A stretch of DNA of 25,708 nt from a virus (IMGVR_UViG_3300048598_000131), one strand, 5' to 3'. Positions 1-9,714 are shown, numbered from the stretch's first letter. Made by a program: numbers and translations. Notes: generated by a model not told the origin, from the sequence alone.

Positions 1-1936
1 TGCTTCTCCTAGAAGATTGTTTAGCCGGACTTACGACGTGGCTTCTTATTTGCATTTCTTTACTCCAGAAGCTTTGGAGATTATCAAAAAGATAGTATCA
101 AAATCAGGTATTACTGGTGAACTTACCGAGGAATCTCTTGTAGCTTATTTTAAGACAGATAAGTATAACGTTTTACCGGTTGCCATGGAAGATGCAGTGT
201 ATGCAGCAGGCTATGCTTATGCTATTGATGCTGATAAGGAATATTTTAAGTATAAAATATGTATAGAATTGGGTGTAGACAAGCAGGAAACGGTAGGGAA
301 TATAATACGATGTCATATCCCATGGGAAAGGCTAAAAGACTTATTAGGCAAGCAGCCAATAGGACCAGACATTCAATATTTTGTAATGGATCGTTATAAT
401 GGAAAATTAAGGATAGAACCTCCAGACGGGCTAAGACTTCCTAACCAAGATTATAAATATTTTAACAAGTATAAGCTTATGGCGAGTAATGAATTTTTAA
501 AAAATATGGCGCAACATCCCGTGACTGAATCGGATGAACTTAGCGAACCGGATGAATCAGATATAGAGCCAACTGTAGATCCAGACGATTGGCTTAGGTT
601 TAATAGCCTCAGCCGAGATAATGTAGCTTATAGCGATGATAAGATAGTTGTGTATAGCACATCCGAGAGTGATAATTCAGCGGAGCTTTTTGGCGGAAAA
701 GAATTTAATAATCAAGCGCAGTACGGAGATGTCTACATTGCGTTAAATAAAGCAAATAACGTGCCTATACTCGCGTTTAATTACGATAAAGATGTACCTG
801 GATTCAGGGACTTGGATTCTAACGTGACTGGTAACACTATTCCTGGAATATTTCATACTGAGTTTGCAGAGTCTATAAAACGCGCATTTATATACATAGC
901 TAAAAGACAGCTAAATAGTGAAGCCAATGGGGAAGGATCATCTGAGGCATGCGGGCACATAGTAACTGTTTATAAATACGGAGGATTAGCCGAGCTAGAT
1001 GATGCGCTGAGCGGTAAAAATAAGAAGACATTCACAGGTTATAACACGTTTGTTGGACTGGCCTATGGACAGTCTGGAGATTATAAAAAGGCCGCATATT
1101 GGTTGGGTAGAAAAGAAGAAGATATGACAGCCGATGGTTGTAAAACCCATATCGATAATTGGGATTATTTTTCAGGTATATTTACAGATAGTGACGCAGC
1201 AGATCGTACACTAACGGGAGAAACAGATGTTTTAAATATAGACGATAATTTTATTGAGAATACGCAACCAGGTAATTTACTTTTGTACCTGACGCCTAAG
1301 GCAAAAGCTTATATTTACGATAATTTGATGAACAATCGGCGCATATTGACACACGGTGATAATGGAGAATCTGAGTGGATTGTGTGTAATAAAGACTTTC
1401 TTAAAGACTTTGGTGAGGATGACGTATTGAGTTGGATAGATAATCAAAGTGAGGAAGAGGTTGAAGCCGGGACATACAAGGATATAACGGATGCTGTAAA
1501 ACAGGGCGCTTATTATGCAATTGAGAATAAGACAAATGAAGAAGCAGTATCAAAATATGTTAAAATTATTAAGAAGAATCTTAACATAGTAGAGCACGCT
1601 TGGAGCAATGAAAATCCATCACTTATAATCCAGCAGCGTTGGGTTGGCTTAATGCAGCTTTGGAAAGATTTTAACTCAGAAAATTCAGACGCACCCTTCA
1701 TAAATTCACTGGATGAGCTATTACAGACTGTGCTCAGGGGTAGATACGAAAATCCTGATACAGACGTTGAGTGGCCTGATTTTGACAAAGACGAATATGC
1801 GAGAGAAACACTAAGTGAACCTGTGTTAGAGTTAGAGCCACTACACGAATACGTAGATCCAAAACAAACTGGTTTTAACTTTAAGGTTGAATCTATACTG
1901 TCTGACATTGGCTCTAGAAGTGATTTAATACTATGA
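1..1936 (+). CDS. Hypothetical acidic protein, probably 5'-truncated by the window edge; first visible gene of a probable structural operon
   Basis: The frame is open from base 2 (gct tct cct aga aga ttg), so the TTG at 17 need not be the true start. At least 639 codons, D/E-rich, ATGA overlap with the next gene. No family recognised. Confidence 0.75.
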   Translation, partial: ASPRRLFSRTYDVASYLHFFTPEALEIIKKIVSKSGITGELTEESLVAYFKTDKYNVLPVAMEDAVYAAGYAYAIDADKEYFKYKICIELGVDKQETVGNIIRCHIPWERLKDLLGKQPIGPDIQYFVMDRYNGKLRIEPPDGLRLPNQDYKYFNKYKLMASNEFLKNMAQHPVTESDELSEPDESDIEPTVDPDDWLRFNSLSRDNVAYSDDKIVVYSTSESDNSAELFGGKEFNNQAQYGDVYIALNKANNVPILAFNYDKDVPGFRDLDSNVTGNTIPGIFHTEFAESIKRAFIYIAKRQLNSEANGEGSSEACGHIVTVYKYGGLAELDDALSGKNKKTFTGYNTFVGLAYGQSGDYKKAAYWLGRKEEDMTADGCKTHIDNWDYFSGIFTDSDAADRTLTGETDVLNIDDNFIENTQPGNLLLYLTPKAKAYIYDNLMNNRRILTHGDNGESEWIVCNKDFLKDFGEDDVLSWIDNQSEEEVEAGTYKDITDAVKQGAYYAIENKTNEEAVSKYVKIIKKNLNIVEHAWSNENPSLIIQQRWVGLMQLWKDFNSENSDAPFINSLDELLQTVLRGRYENPDTDVEWPDFDKDEYARETLSEPVLELEPLHEYVDPKQTGFNFKVESILSDIGSRSDLIL

Positions 1937-2619
1937 TCGCTGAAAATATAGCAAATTTACTTTTGGAAGAGTTTTATGACTATGGCTGTTTAATGCTCTA
2001 TGTTCCGCCAAGCATAGGCGATATCATGCTCGAATGGAGTCAGCTTAACATCCCGGATAAAGTTTTATATACAGAGGATGACGATGATAGCTACGGAAGA
2101 GAGACTGAGGCACACGTGACTGTTAAGTACGGATTTGTATCAACATATCTTCCAGAAAAAGTGTATTCAATTGTTCATACTACATCCCCATTTCCTGTTA
2201 CAATTGAATCCGTAAGTCTTTTTGAAAATGATAAGTATGACGTGGTTAAGTGCGGTGTACAGTCAGAAGGATTAATGACGCTTAATCGGCGCATAAGTGA
2301 GTCGGTAAAGACCGAGGATACTTATCCTGAGTATAAGCCTCACATGACACTGGCTTATGTTAAAAAGGGGACGTGCTCGCACTTGGTGGGAAAAACGCTT
2401 CAGAAGGATAAGCTTGAGTTTATGGCTTATGGCATGCGTTGGGCAGGTCCTGGTAAAGTAGGCGAGCGCGATGAAGAAATGCTTTTATTTTCAAAAATAA
2501 AGCAACACACTGATGAATCGGAAAAGGAGCCGTTTGGAGATTCGGCATTTCCTACTTGTGCTGACGAGTTGACTAAATTTTTCAGACGACGAAAGTTAGC
2601 GAAGCAGCGCAATTTGTAG
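1933..2619 (+). CDS. 2H phosphoesterase (2'-5' RNA ligase-like / T4 gp57B-Acb1-like superfamily)
   Basis: Two catalytic HxT motifs: H61 (AHVTVKYG) and H137 (YKPHMTLAYVK), with typical spacing and context. Confidence 0.85.
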   Translation: MIAENIANLLLEEFYDYGCLMLYVPPSIGDIMLEWSQLNIPDKVLYTEDDDDSYGRETEAHVTVKYGFVSTYLPEKVYSIVHTTSPFPVTIESVSLFENDKYDVVKCGVQSEGLMTLNRRISESVKTEDTYPEYKPHMTLAYVKKGTCSHLVGKTLQKDKLEFMAYGMRWAGPGKVGERDEEMLLFSKIKQHTDESEKEPFGDSAFPTCADELTKFFRRRKLAKQRNL

Positions 2620-2627
2620 TTAGACAA

Positions 2628-5600
2628 ATGAGCTTAGCTAACTTAGCCAGCAATTTCCTCTATGAGCGTCTGCCACGGGCTGTATTGAGCCAAGATGAGC
2701 GCGGATTGATCGCAGCAGTAGTCGGTGGGTTTCAGGACCATTTGTCCGATCTAAGGGCCTACGCGGGGCATATGTGCGATTTCTACACGCCGGATAACTT
2801 GACTACAGGCGGGACTAACTGTGTTATTGTAAAGGCGAGCAATGGCCAAGGTGGAGTTTTTACCCAAAGTCTAACGATAGATAGCACGACGCCTTCAGCT
2901 GACAGTAGTAACCTGTTAGTCTGGGCGGCTAAGACTCTGAATTTGCCAGTAGAAAGCATTGTATCTGTTAGTTATGGACTAGATTTACTTAGAAATGTCG
3001 ATGCAAATTTGTTGGCGTGCTTGGCCGCAACAGTAGGAGCAGTGCTACATCAGAATGCTGCTTTAACTGAGGAAACTACAGCGTACACCCGAATGGTAAA
3101 TACTTGGTTTCCTCGGCTGAAGATTAAGGGTACTGCGGCTAGTTTTGAGTCACTTGGTAAGTTAGTCGGATTTGATGATGTCATTGTATCACCTCTGTGG
3201 TCTAGACTATCTCCGCGTGATCCGTCAGATGTGGGTAGTGCTGTAAACGATAGCGATTATGCATCTGTACCTCAGTGCTATCCTGCACAATCGATATCTG
3301 AACACTATGATCCATTTAATTATCGTGATGGTCCGTACTACGCATGGCAGGCTATAGTAAATAATAAGGTAACGAGCAGTAATTACTATACTCAAGTAGT
3401 AACAGGAGCAAATCCATGGATTAAAGCTGTTGTGGTGGGTGGTAGCAATGGCACAGTAACGCATCCGTTTAGCGGAGCGAGTCCCACTACGACGTACACA
3501 GGCAGCGCTGTATTGGCTGGTGGTGGTGATAAAGTGAAAGCTTGGGTTATACCACAGGGTAGTGATATTAAATTCGAAGCTATTGCTGAAGGTGAGTCAT
3601 TCAATGGTTTGGAATTGAATTTTTCGACGACAGGCAGCTTATGCACAATATCTGCTTATGATCGTCTGTCCGACATAAAGTACAGAAGCAGCTATTTCGA
3701 CCTTAAAATGACTATGGACATGGATAAGGTCGAGGAAGTATTTGGAAGTAGGTCTGCTACAGCTAATGCCGATCTAAAGGCAAATCCGGTTACGCCAGAC
3801 GGCACAGCAAGCTCTCCTTATACTGCGTATTCTGGAGGCAGCTATTCTGCGGCGTACAACAGTAGAGACTGGCTAGGAAGCATAGAATCAGTATCTGTTG
3901 TTCAGCCTAGAGTTCAGGCAAATCCAGTAGGTGTAAGACAGTTGAATACAGCTGATCTACTGACTGCGGGTAATCAGGCGCTACAATCCATGGAAGAGGT
4001 ACGTCCGGCTACGCGCTTTGTGCGTAAGTCTGGCGTTGGGTTTCTTCTTAAAGAAGACGTAGAATATGCAGCTTTTTCAACTCCTGTGCTTTTGTTTGCT
4101 GGAGTTGTGAGCCAAACGAGTTATCAAGGACAGCTAGCTTCTGTTGTTCCTTATGCTACGGCTACGGCGCGCATAATTAGTGGTGCAGTAGAGCATGCTT
4201 TTACATCTGAATTATCTCCAGTAGACTCTAATGTTGGAGTATATAACGGAATTGATATCACTTCTAATGGAACTTTTAATTTTTCAGATGGAACTTATGT
4301 CTGGACGCTACCTGCTGCTGATGCAGATAAAATGACAGTTGAGCTACTGTGGCATCCATCGACATCAGAGGTTATACGAGATGAGCCAAGTTTCGTACAA
4401 AAATCAGCAGGGACAATAGACTATCAGACTCGGCCAGAAGACGATTTTTCAGATTATACACTAGATACCGTTGATGATTATGCGTGGCGAGATGATTTAG
4501 CCGTAGGCGGTGATTTAGTTGATTTGGATGTGTATTCGCCTACTGTTACCGATAATTCATTAGTTTCGTTAGTAACGGACACTGTATTTCAGGATCAAAA
4601 TGGCGTAGATGTTAGTGTGTACGGAAAGTACACTGTGGCAAAACCTTGTCTAAGCCTTGTTGACTACAGAGAAACAGGAAAAGCTTATGCACCAGGTCAA
4701 ATGGCTATAGGCTACATGGGATCGTTTAGAGACTTGTCTACATATACAGATAGCCAGCATCTGCTGCCTAATGCTACTGATTACAGTGTGGTGTTTGATG
4801 GCGACTATGCACTTTATCATGTTGGAGTGTGCTATGGGCAGATGGTGGCTGATCTAGCCAAGTTCGCAGGTCCGGCTAATAGTCACGGGCTGACTTGCTG
4901 GATGCCTTTTAATGAACATCCTGAATCAGGTATCAGTGTTTTAGACAGCTACGGACAGATAGTTTTAAGCACAAATGGAATAGCTACGTCTGATCGGATA
5001 TGGGATTCTAATTTTGGCTGGGTTTTAAAGTCACATACATTTAGTATATCACATACTGCCTATAAGAATATAATCGATAGGGCCACGATAAGCTTTTGGA
5101 CTAAATTTGATCAAACTGTGGATAGCGCCTGTATTCAATGCGGTCAGCTAAAGATTGTAATAACAAGCGGCAACGTTGTAGTATACGTGCTAAACTCTGC
5201 TGGCACTTATGTCCAAATTATATCATTTACTCCGTCTTTAAGCACGTGGTATTTTATTTTCGCTACCACAGACAGCCTTACAGCAACAGCAGGCTATGGC
5301 ACAATATCAGGGATTGTTTCAAGTAGCTCAGTATCTTCAAATTTTGCAGATGTTTCAGATTTAGATCAGACACTTAGTATATCTGGAACTAACACCTACA
5401 TTTATTTGCACGATTTAAGGCTCTGGAACGATGTAAAGACGCTTAGTAGCTTAGATGTCATACGCGATTACAAGCCTAGCCCTACGATTTGCCCGTATCC
5501 TCTCGGTAGAGTTGAGTCAATTGATTCTAGGGATGTATACGGGCTGAAAGTGCTACCGTGCGGATGGGCATATCTAACCGATTTACCTCCGGTAATACGT

Positions 5601-8192
5601 AATCAAAATTTAGGCTACGTTCAACGCTATAATAGCTTGGCTAGCTATACCGGTGATACTAGATATTATGAGGCTGGAATAAATGGAGGATATGCACCGC
5701 CATCATCATATAAATTAGGTCATTTATCCTATCAGATGCAGGCATCTGGATCATTATCCTATAGCACTGTAGGCTCGTATATTCCTGGGCCAATAAGTGT
5801 TAATGACACGACAGGTAATATAGTGGCTAGTACTAATGATCCGAGTACGGTTGGAATAGACTGTATAAATGTATTTCAGCGCTATGTGTGGGCAAATAAT
5901 ACAGATGATAATAAGGCTTATCGCCTCGAATTGGATGCCGATAGTTCAAGTGTATGGCTGAATGCGTCATTAGCCGGAAATGATGCAGGGGCTAATTCAA
6001 CTAAATTTAGCATTAGCGCCCTAAAGTCAGCAAGTGCAATTGTTACTCAGAGCTATTTAGCCTACATGTATCTTACGAGTAGAGTCTTGGCGAAGGTTGA
6101 CTCTACTAACATACATAGTAGTTGGGTAGATTCAGGTGTTATACTGCCTGTGAGCAATAGTGTGGACTATTTAGACATGCCTTCGATTATTAACAGCGGA
6201 GGTTATTTGATTGAGCCTACGCTAGGCAAGAATGGAATTTTGGAGTTTACAAATGTTACTCCGTTGCCAAAAGGACGTTATATACTAACGCTAGTAACAG
6301 GCAATGTTGGAAAAGTAGACGCTGACTTTTTAGGGTTTAAGGTGAATTTGTCTATAGGCGGTTATACCTATTCTAAGACACTTTTAGCCAATAAATCAGG
6401 ATATAATTTTTCAGGCACAGACGTTTTTGATATCGATCTTGCTTACGATGTAGGTTCAAACTGGCTATTCGGTATAGAGCTTACCAATGCACTTAGAGAT
6501 ATAGCCAGAAACACACAGAGACAGCTAAGGGTGTATTCTTACGAATTAAGACATGTAAGCGTTGATCCGTACAAAGTGCAGTTTGGTTTAGACTCTAACG
6601 GTAATCCCGCTACACCTGTTATTACACTACTTAGTAAAACAGATGCACTGAATACTCCTGGTGGCTGGATTGCTGAGATTAAGTCCGATGGCAGCACAGC
6701 TACTACTGTGCATGAGTCTGCCATAGTATCGTCAAGTGATACTATGACAAATAGCTTGCCTATTTCATGCTTGTTGACGGGGCAGACTGGTGAAAAAAGA
6801 GAAGATATACTATGTAGTGATATAAAAGACATTACGGGTACAAGTGAAGATATTAAAGCATATACTATACCTGTGCCAGCCTCTGTAGCAGCTCCTGTGC
6901 TAGATAGTGTGACTGCAACGTCTTCTACTTATAGCGAAGGTGATACAGCAAGCTTTACTGCAAATGCTAACTCAGGCAGTGGACCTATTTATAGCTATGT
7001 ATGGACATTTTGGGATGGTTCGACTACGGCAACAGCTGTAAATAGCGTGAGTAAACAGGTTAATATTTGCGGGGATCCGTCTAATTCAAATACATTAACT
7101 GTGTCTTGTGACGCTGTAGGGCCGACAGGACTAGTATCAACCAGCAGCAAGACGTTTAGCGTAAAAGGACTTCCTAGGCTTTTAAATACTATAACTATAT
7201 CTAATAACTATACGTATTTTCCGTTTACCACAGTAATAGCCGTAAAGGCTTATACGCTTAGCGGTAATAGCCTTACTTTTTCTTGGCCGTCCGGTGTAAC
7301 TGCAACAACTACAACAGAGTCCTACTCAGCTAAGTGGAGACCTACGGACACAGCTAGCGTAAGTTGTTTGCTCTATACGTCTACAACTTCAGCTATCAGT
7401 GTAACAGCTGATACCGTGCTAACGTGTAGTATAGCGGATGCTGTAAACGGAACATCGGTGAGCATTGATGTTAATCTGGTTGGTTATGCTGTTAGTGCTG
7501 TGCACGTAAGTTCATCCGTAGGGTCAACAGATATCATTACCGATGCATCAGCACTGCCCATTCAGCGAGTTGGCGCCGATCAAGTTGTAACGTTTACCGC
7601 TTATGCTAATAATGCGACGTCTACGCCAGTTTTTGATTGGGAATTCTATGGATCCAATAACTGGTCGGTGGAGGGAAATACTAATGCGCAGATAGTGACT
7701 AATTTGGGAAATGGAACATATCAGAGCAAAATAATAAAGAGCATAGCGCAAGAGATCATACCACAGGGCCAAACTCAGAAAACAGTGGTGGCCGTTTGCA
7801 CCGTTAACGTGTCCGGCACGTCTTATACGTTGCAAATTCCTGTGATTTTGGAATCAGATCAAGCACCAGGTAATTTTACTATCAGTAGGCTAATAGATGG
7901 CGACAATACGAATTCGGTGGCTATGGCGGATAAAAAATCAATAGTCTATGAAATTGCAGGCATAGATCCAGATGGGGACGTGACTACGGCTATGTGGTCT
8001 GTTAACCAAGATGCACCTCTACCACTTACGGGCATTTATTGGGGTCCAAAGCTGACTTTAAATTCTGGCGATTATGCTATAGGCGACGTCATACAGGGGA
8101 GCGTGACTTTGATCGATAGGCTTGGTGGTTCTAATATACAAGATATTCCAGTTACGTATATTACAGATGTTACGTCTGCGAGCGGACAGTAA
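2628..8192 (+). CDS. Large virion protein: baseplate wedge-like N-terminus (P2 gpI / T4 gp7 / TssG-like), LamG (ConA-like) domain, C-terminal PKD/Ig-like domains
   Basis: N-terminal motif LxxLAxxVG...R...RLKIKGTxxSFxxLxxLVG. LamG-like pattern (CWMPFNE...ATISFWTK...TWYFIFAT...LHDLRLWN) at about 4890-5440. PKD-like SFTA..GPIYSYVWTFWDGS at about 6950-7030, with further beta-sandwich-like S/T/V-rich segments downstream. Confidence 0.7.
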   Translation: MSLANLASNFLYERLPRAVLSQDERGLIAAVVGGFQDHLSDLRAYAGHMCDFYTPDNLTTGGTNCVIVKASNGQGGVFTQSLTIDSTTPSADSSNLLVWAAKTLNLPVESIVSVSYGLDLLRNVDANLLACLAATVGAVLHQNAALTEETTAYTRMVNTWFPRLKIKGTAASFESLGKLVGFDDVIVSPLWSRLSPRDPSDVGSAVNDSDYASVPQCYPAQSISEHYDPFNYRDGPYYAWQAIVNNKVTSSNYYTQVVTGANPWIKAVVVGGSNGTVTHPFSGASPTTTYTGSAVLAGGGDKVKAWVIPQGSDIKFEAIAEGESFNGLELNFSTTGSLCTISAYDRLSDIKYRSSYFDLKMTMDMDKVEEVFGSRSATANADLKANPVTPDGTASSPYTAYSGGSYSAAYNSRDWLGSIESVSVVQPRVQANPVGVRQLNTADLLTAGNQALQSMEEVRPATRFVRKSGVGFLLKEDVEYAAFSTPVLLFAGVVSQTSYQGQLASVVPYATATARIISGAVEHAFTSELSPVDSNVGVYNGIDITSNGTFNFSDGTYVWTLPAADADKMTVELLWHPSTSEVIRDEPSFVQKSAGTIDYQTRPEDDFSDYTLDTVDDYAWRDDLAVGGDLVDLDVYSPTVTDNSLVSLVTDTVFQDQNGVDVSVYGKYTVAKPCLSLVDYRETGKAYAPGQMAIGYMGSFRDLSTYTDSQHLLPNATDYSVVFDGDYALYHVGVCYGQMVADLAKFAGPANSHGLTCWMPFNEHPESGISVLDSYGQIVLSTNGIATSDRIWDSNFGWVLKSHTFSISHTAYKNIIDRATISFWTKFDQTVDSACIQCGQLKIVITSGNVVVYVLNSAGTYVQIISFTPSLSTWYFIFATTDSLTATAGYGTISGIVSSSSVSSNFADVSDLDQTLSISGTNTYIYLHDLRLWNDVKTLSSLDVIRDYKPSPTICPYPLGRVESIDSRDVYGLKVLPCGWAYLTDLPPVIRNQNLGYVQRYNSLASYTGDTRYYEAGINGGYAPPSSYKLGHLSYQMQASGSLSYSTVGSYIPGPISVNDTTGNIVASTNDPSTVGIDCINVFQRYVWANNTDDNKAYRLELDADSSSVWLNASLAGNDAGANSTKFSISALKSASAIVTQSYLAYMYLTSRVLAKVDSTNIHSSWVDSGVILPVSNSVDYLDMPSIINSGGYLIEPTLGKNGILEFTNVTPLPKGRYILTLVTGNVGKVDADFLGFKVNLSIGGYTYSKTLLANKSGYNFSGTDVFDIDLAYDVGSNWLFGIELTNALRDIARNTQRQLRVYSYELRHVSVDPYKVQFGLDSNGNPATPVITLLSKTDALNTPGGWIAEIKSDGSTATTVHESAIVSSSDTMTNSLPISCLLTGQTGEKREDILCSDIKDITGTSEDIKAYTIPVPASVAAPVLDSVTATSSTYSEGDTASFTANANSGSGPIYSYVWTFWDGSTTATAVNSVSKQVNICGDPSNSNTLTVSCDAVGPTGLVSTSSKTFSVKGLPRLLNTITISNNYTYFPFTTVIAVKAYTLSGNSLTFSWPSGVTATTTTESYSAKWRPTDTASVSCLLYTSTTSAISVTADTVLTCSIADAVNGTSVSIDVNLVGYAVSAVHVSSSVGSTDIITDASALPIQRVGADQVVTFTAYANNATSTPVFDWEFYGSNNWSVEGNTNAQIVTNLGNGTYQSKIIKSIAQEIIPQGQTQKTVVAVCTVNVSGTSYTLQIPVILESDQAPGNFTISRLIDGDNTNSVAMADKKSIVYEIAGIDPDGDVTTAMWSVNQDAPLPLTGIYWGPKLTLNSGDYAIGDVIQGSVTLIDRLGGSNIQDIPVTYITDVTSASGQ

Positions 8193-8206
8193 TTTAAAAT
8201 TTAATG

Positions 8207-8241
8207 TTGACATGTCAGGGCACTTGTTTTAGTGTAATGAC
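8207..8241 (+). promoter_or_regulatory. Sigma70-like promoter, predicted leaderless transcript
   Basis: TTGACA (8207-8212), 17 bp, TAGTGT (8230-8235), 6 bp, ATG (8242); AT-rich UP-like tract upstream; no Shine-Dalgarno. Confidence 0.7.
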
Positions 8242-8892
8242 ATGAATATTAAAGATATCCCAGTGGCAACAAAGGAATCGAAGAAAAGTGTGCCTTCCAT
8301 CGTAGTGGAAGGCGATTTAGTCCGACGCTATAATGCAGCGTCGGATGCCTGCAAAAAGGCTGAAGAAGAAATGGCAAATATTAAGCCGCTCCTTCAGTTG
8401 GAAGGCGTTAATTACGTTTTTGGTGTGCGGTGCAAGGGAGATGACACGAGCAGTGTCAATCTCGTGGATAGTGCTGAGAATGGTTCGGATTGTGTTCAAT
8501 TTTCATTTACGCGCAAGGTCGGCGCGCTTGATGAGAGTACCCTGAAGTTAGTGCTCGCAGGGTTAAAGCGCAAAGATGGGGAACCGGTCAAGCTGTCGGA
8601 TTATGCACACTGGGAGTTGCAGGCGTCGTTTGATGCAAAGGTGCTGATGACTGAGCAGAACGGAAAGCCGAAGCTCAATGAGGCGCTTTGTATCGAAATG
8701 ATCAATGCGATCAGTAATATCGCGTTGGCACACGGAGTTGAAAATCCATTGAAATTGAGTCGGTCATTAGTGCCCAATGATGATTTTCACGAAAAGCGCT
8801 GGCAGGATTTCTCGCCAGCGGCAAATAAGTCGCTGTTGGCGGCATTCCCAAATGTAATGACGTTAAAGTCATTACGTCCTAAAACACGCTAG
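8242..8892 (+). CDS. Hypothetical protein (N-terminal coiled-coil-like helix)
   Basis: 216-aa ORF directly behind a good promoter; family not recognised. Confidence 0.8.
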   Translation: MNIKDIPVATKESKKSVPSIVVEGDLVRRYNAASDACKKAEEEMANIKPLLQLEGVNYVFGVRCKGDDTSSVNLVDSAENGSDCVQFSFTRKVGALDESTLKLVLAGLKRKDGEPVKLSDYAHWELQASFDAKVLMTEQNGKPKLNEALCIEMINAISNIALAHGVENPLKLSRSLVPNDDFHEKRWQDFSPAANKSLLAAFPNVMTLKSLRPKTR

Positions 8893-8956
8893 GATTTTGT
8901 TCTAGTGTAATAGGTAGTCAAATTCACGCAAAATACAAGAAAAAGGAATTTGACTA

Positions 8957-9430
8957 ATGAATATTAAAAAAACGCTGTCTGTTAAAGAACGGGCACTAAA
9001 CGATTATAAGCAGGGAGCCATGACTACTGAGTCAATTGCTGCGAAGTACGGCATAGCTCCAGCTACACTTACTGTCTGGGCGTCACATAGTAGTACGCCT
9101 TTGCGTAGGCGCGGGCGTAGAAAATTGGATGCACCGACACCGATGCATTTAAAGATCATAGAACTTGCCAAGACTATGGGCTATAACCAGATAGGCTTAA
9201 AGTTTGGCATGCGGAAACAGTCTATCCACCGTATAGTGAAGCGTTGGCGCGACTGGACACCTTCAATTACGTATCACCCTGGTGATACAGTGGCGTGGAA
9301 AGGTAAAGCCTACGAGGTGCTGGCTGTTGGTGCGACTGATTTAACTTTGCGTGATAGTAATGGAAAACTATCAGTGAAGTTTCCTATTTCTGGTGAATCG
9401 CCTTTGCAAGTGATTCATACGGCGAAATGA
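8957..9430 (+). CDS. Putative DNA-binding regulator with two helix-turn-helix motifs and a C-terminal small beta-barrel (SH3-like)
   Basis: HTH-like TTESIAAKYGIAPATLTVWA and GYNQIGLKFGMRKQSIHRIVKRW, basic linker RRRGRRK, C-terminal YHPGDTVAWKGKAYEVLAV. AAGGA SD-like sequence upstream. Confidence 0.7.
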   Translation: MNIKKTLSVKERALNDYKQGAMTTESIAAKYGIAPATLTVWASHSSTPLRRRGRRKLDAPTPMHLKIIELAKTMGYNQIGLKFGMRKQSIHRIVKRWRDWTPSITYHPGDTVAWKGKAYEVLAVGATDLTLRDSNGKLSVKFPISGESPLQVIHTAK

Positions 9431-9588
9431 TGCTTATGTAGAAAAGCTCTTACTTTCCTAAGAGCTTTTCTATTTTGTTTTCCGTTTTTGGACCTAAATT
9501 TTCTAACTGAGTCAATAAGAAGTTGTTTTTCTAACATTCTGTCCCTGTGCGTAGTTTCTGATCGTGGTTCAATCAATTGGTCGCGCAT
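9415..9588 (-). CDS. Possible 57-aa basic ORF, not in the ORF track (MRDQLIEPRS...RKALRKVRAFLHKHHFAV)
   Basis: Hand-translated open frame ATG 9588 to TGA 9415. Upstream TTAAGTTATG is identical to the context of the ATG at 23182. It crosses a terminator hairpin and may be spurious. Confidence 0.25.
   Translation of the reverse strand: MRDQLIEPRSETTHRDRMLEKQLLIDSVRKFRSKNGKQNRKALRKVRAFLHKHHFAV
9439..9481 (+). terminator. Rho-independent terminator
   Basis: 14-bp perfect stem TAGAAAAGCTCTTA / TAAGAGCTTTTCTA, 6-nt loop, followed by TTTTGTTTT, 8 bp after the stop at 9430. Confidence 0.8.
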
Positions 9589-9603
9589 AACTTAACTACG
9601 TAC

Positions 9604-9632
9604 AACAAAATGGCCCCTATCCGAGGGGCCAT
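9604..9632 (-). terminator. Rho-independent terminator on the minus strand
   Basis: GC-rich 9-bp stem ATGGCCCCT / AGGGGCCAT (9610-9632), 5-nt loop, with TTTTGTT following on the minus strand. Confidence 0.6.
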
Positions 9633-9714
9633 CGCCATTCACGCCAATACAAGCTATGCCTATTATCGACATTAAAATTATTTTTGCAAGTGGAATTTGT
9701 TTTAAATATTTGTG

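Noticed and set aside
1513-8545. Shadow ORFs 1513-1908, 2427-2627, 3225-3464, 3392-3646, 5138-5326, 6539-6832, 7548-7835, 8317-8499, 8333-8545
   Set aside because: They lie antisense or out of frame within longer, better-supported genes and have no recognisable motifs.
8242-8892. Mu Gam-like host-nuclease inhibitor
   Set aside because: Only a generic N-terminal coiled coil is similar; I cannot identify Gam-specific motifs.
9555-9595. tRNA-like GGTTCAATC motif
   Set aside because: No pairing T-stem, acceptor stem or anticodon arm could be built around it.
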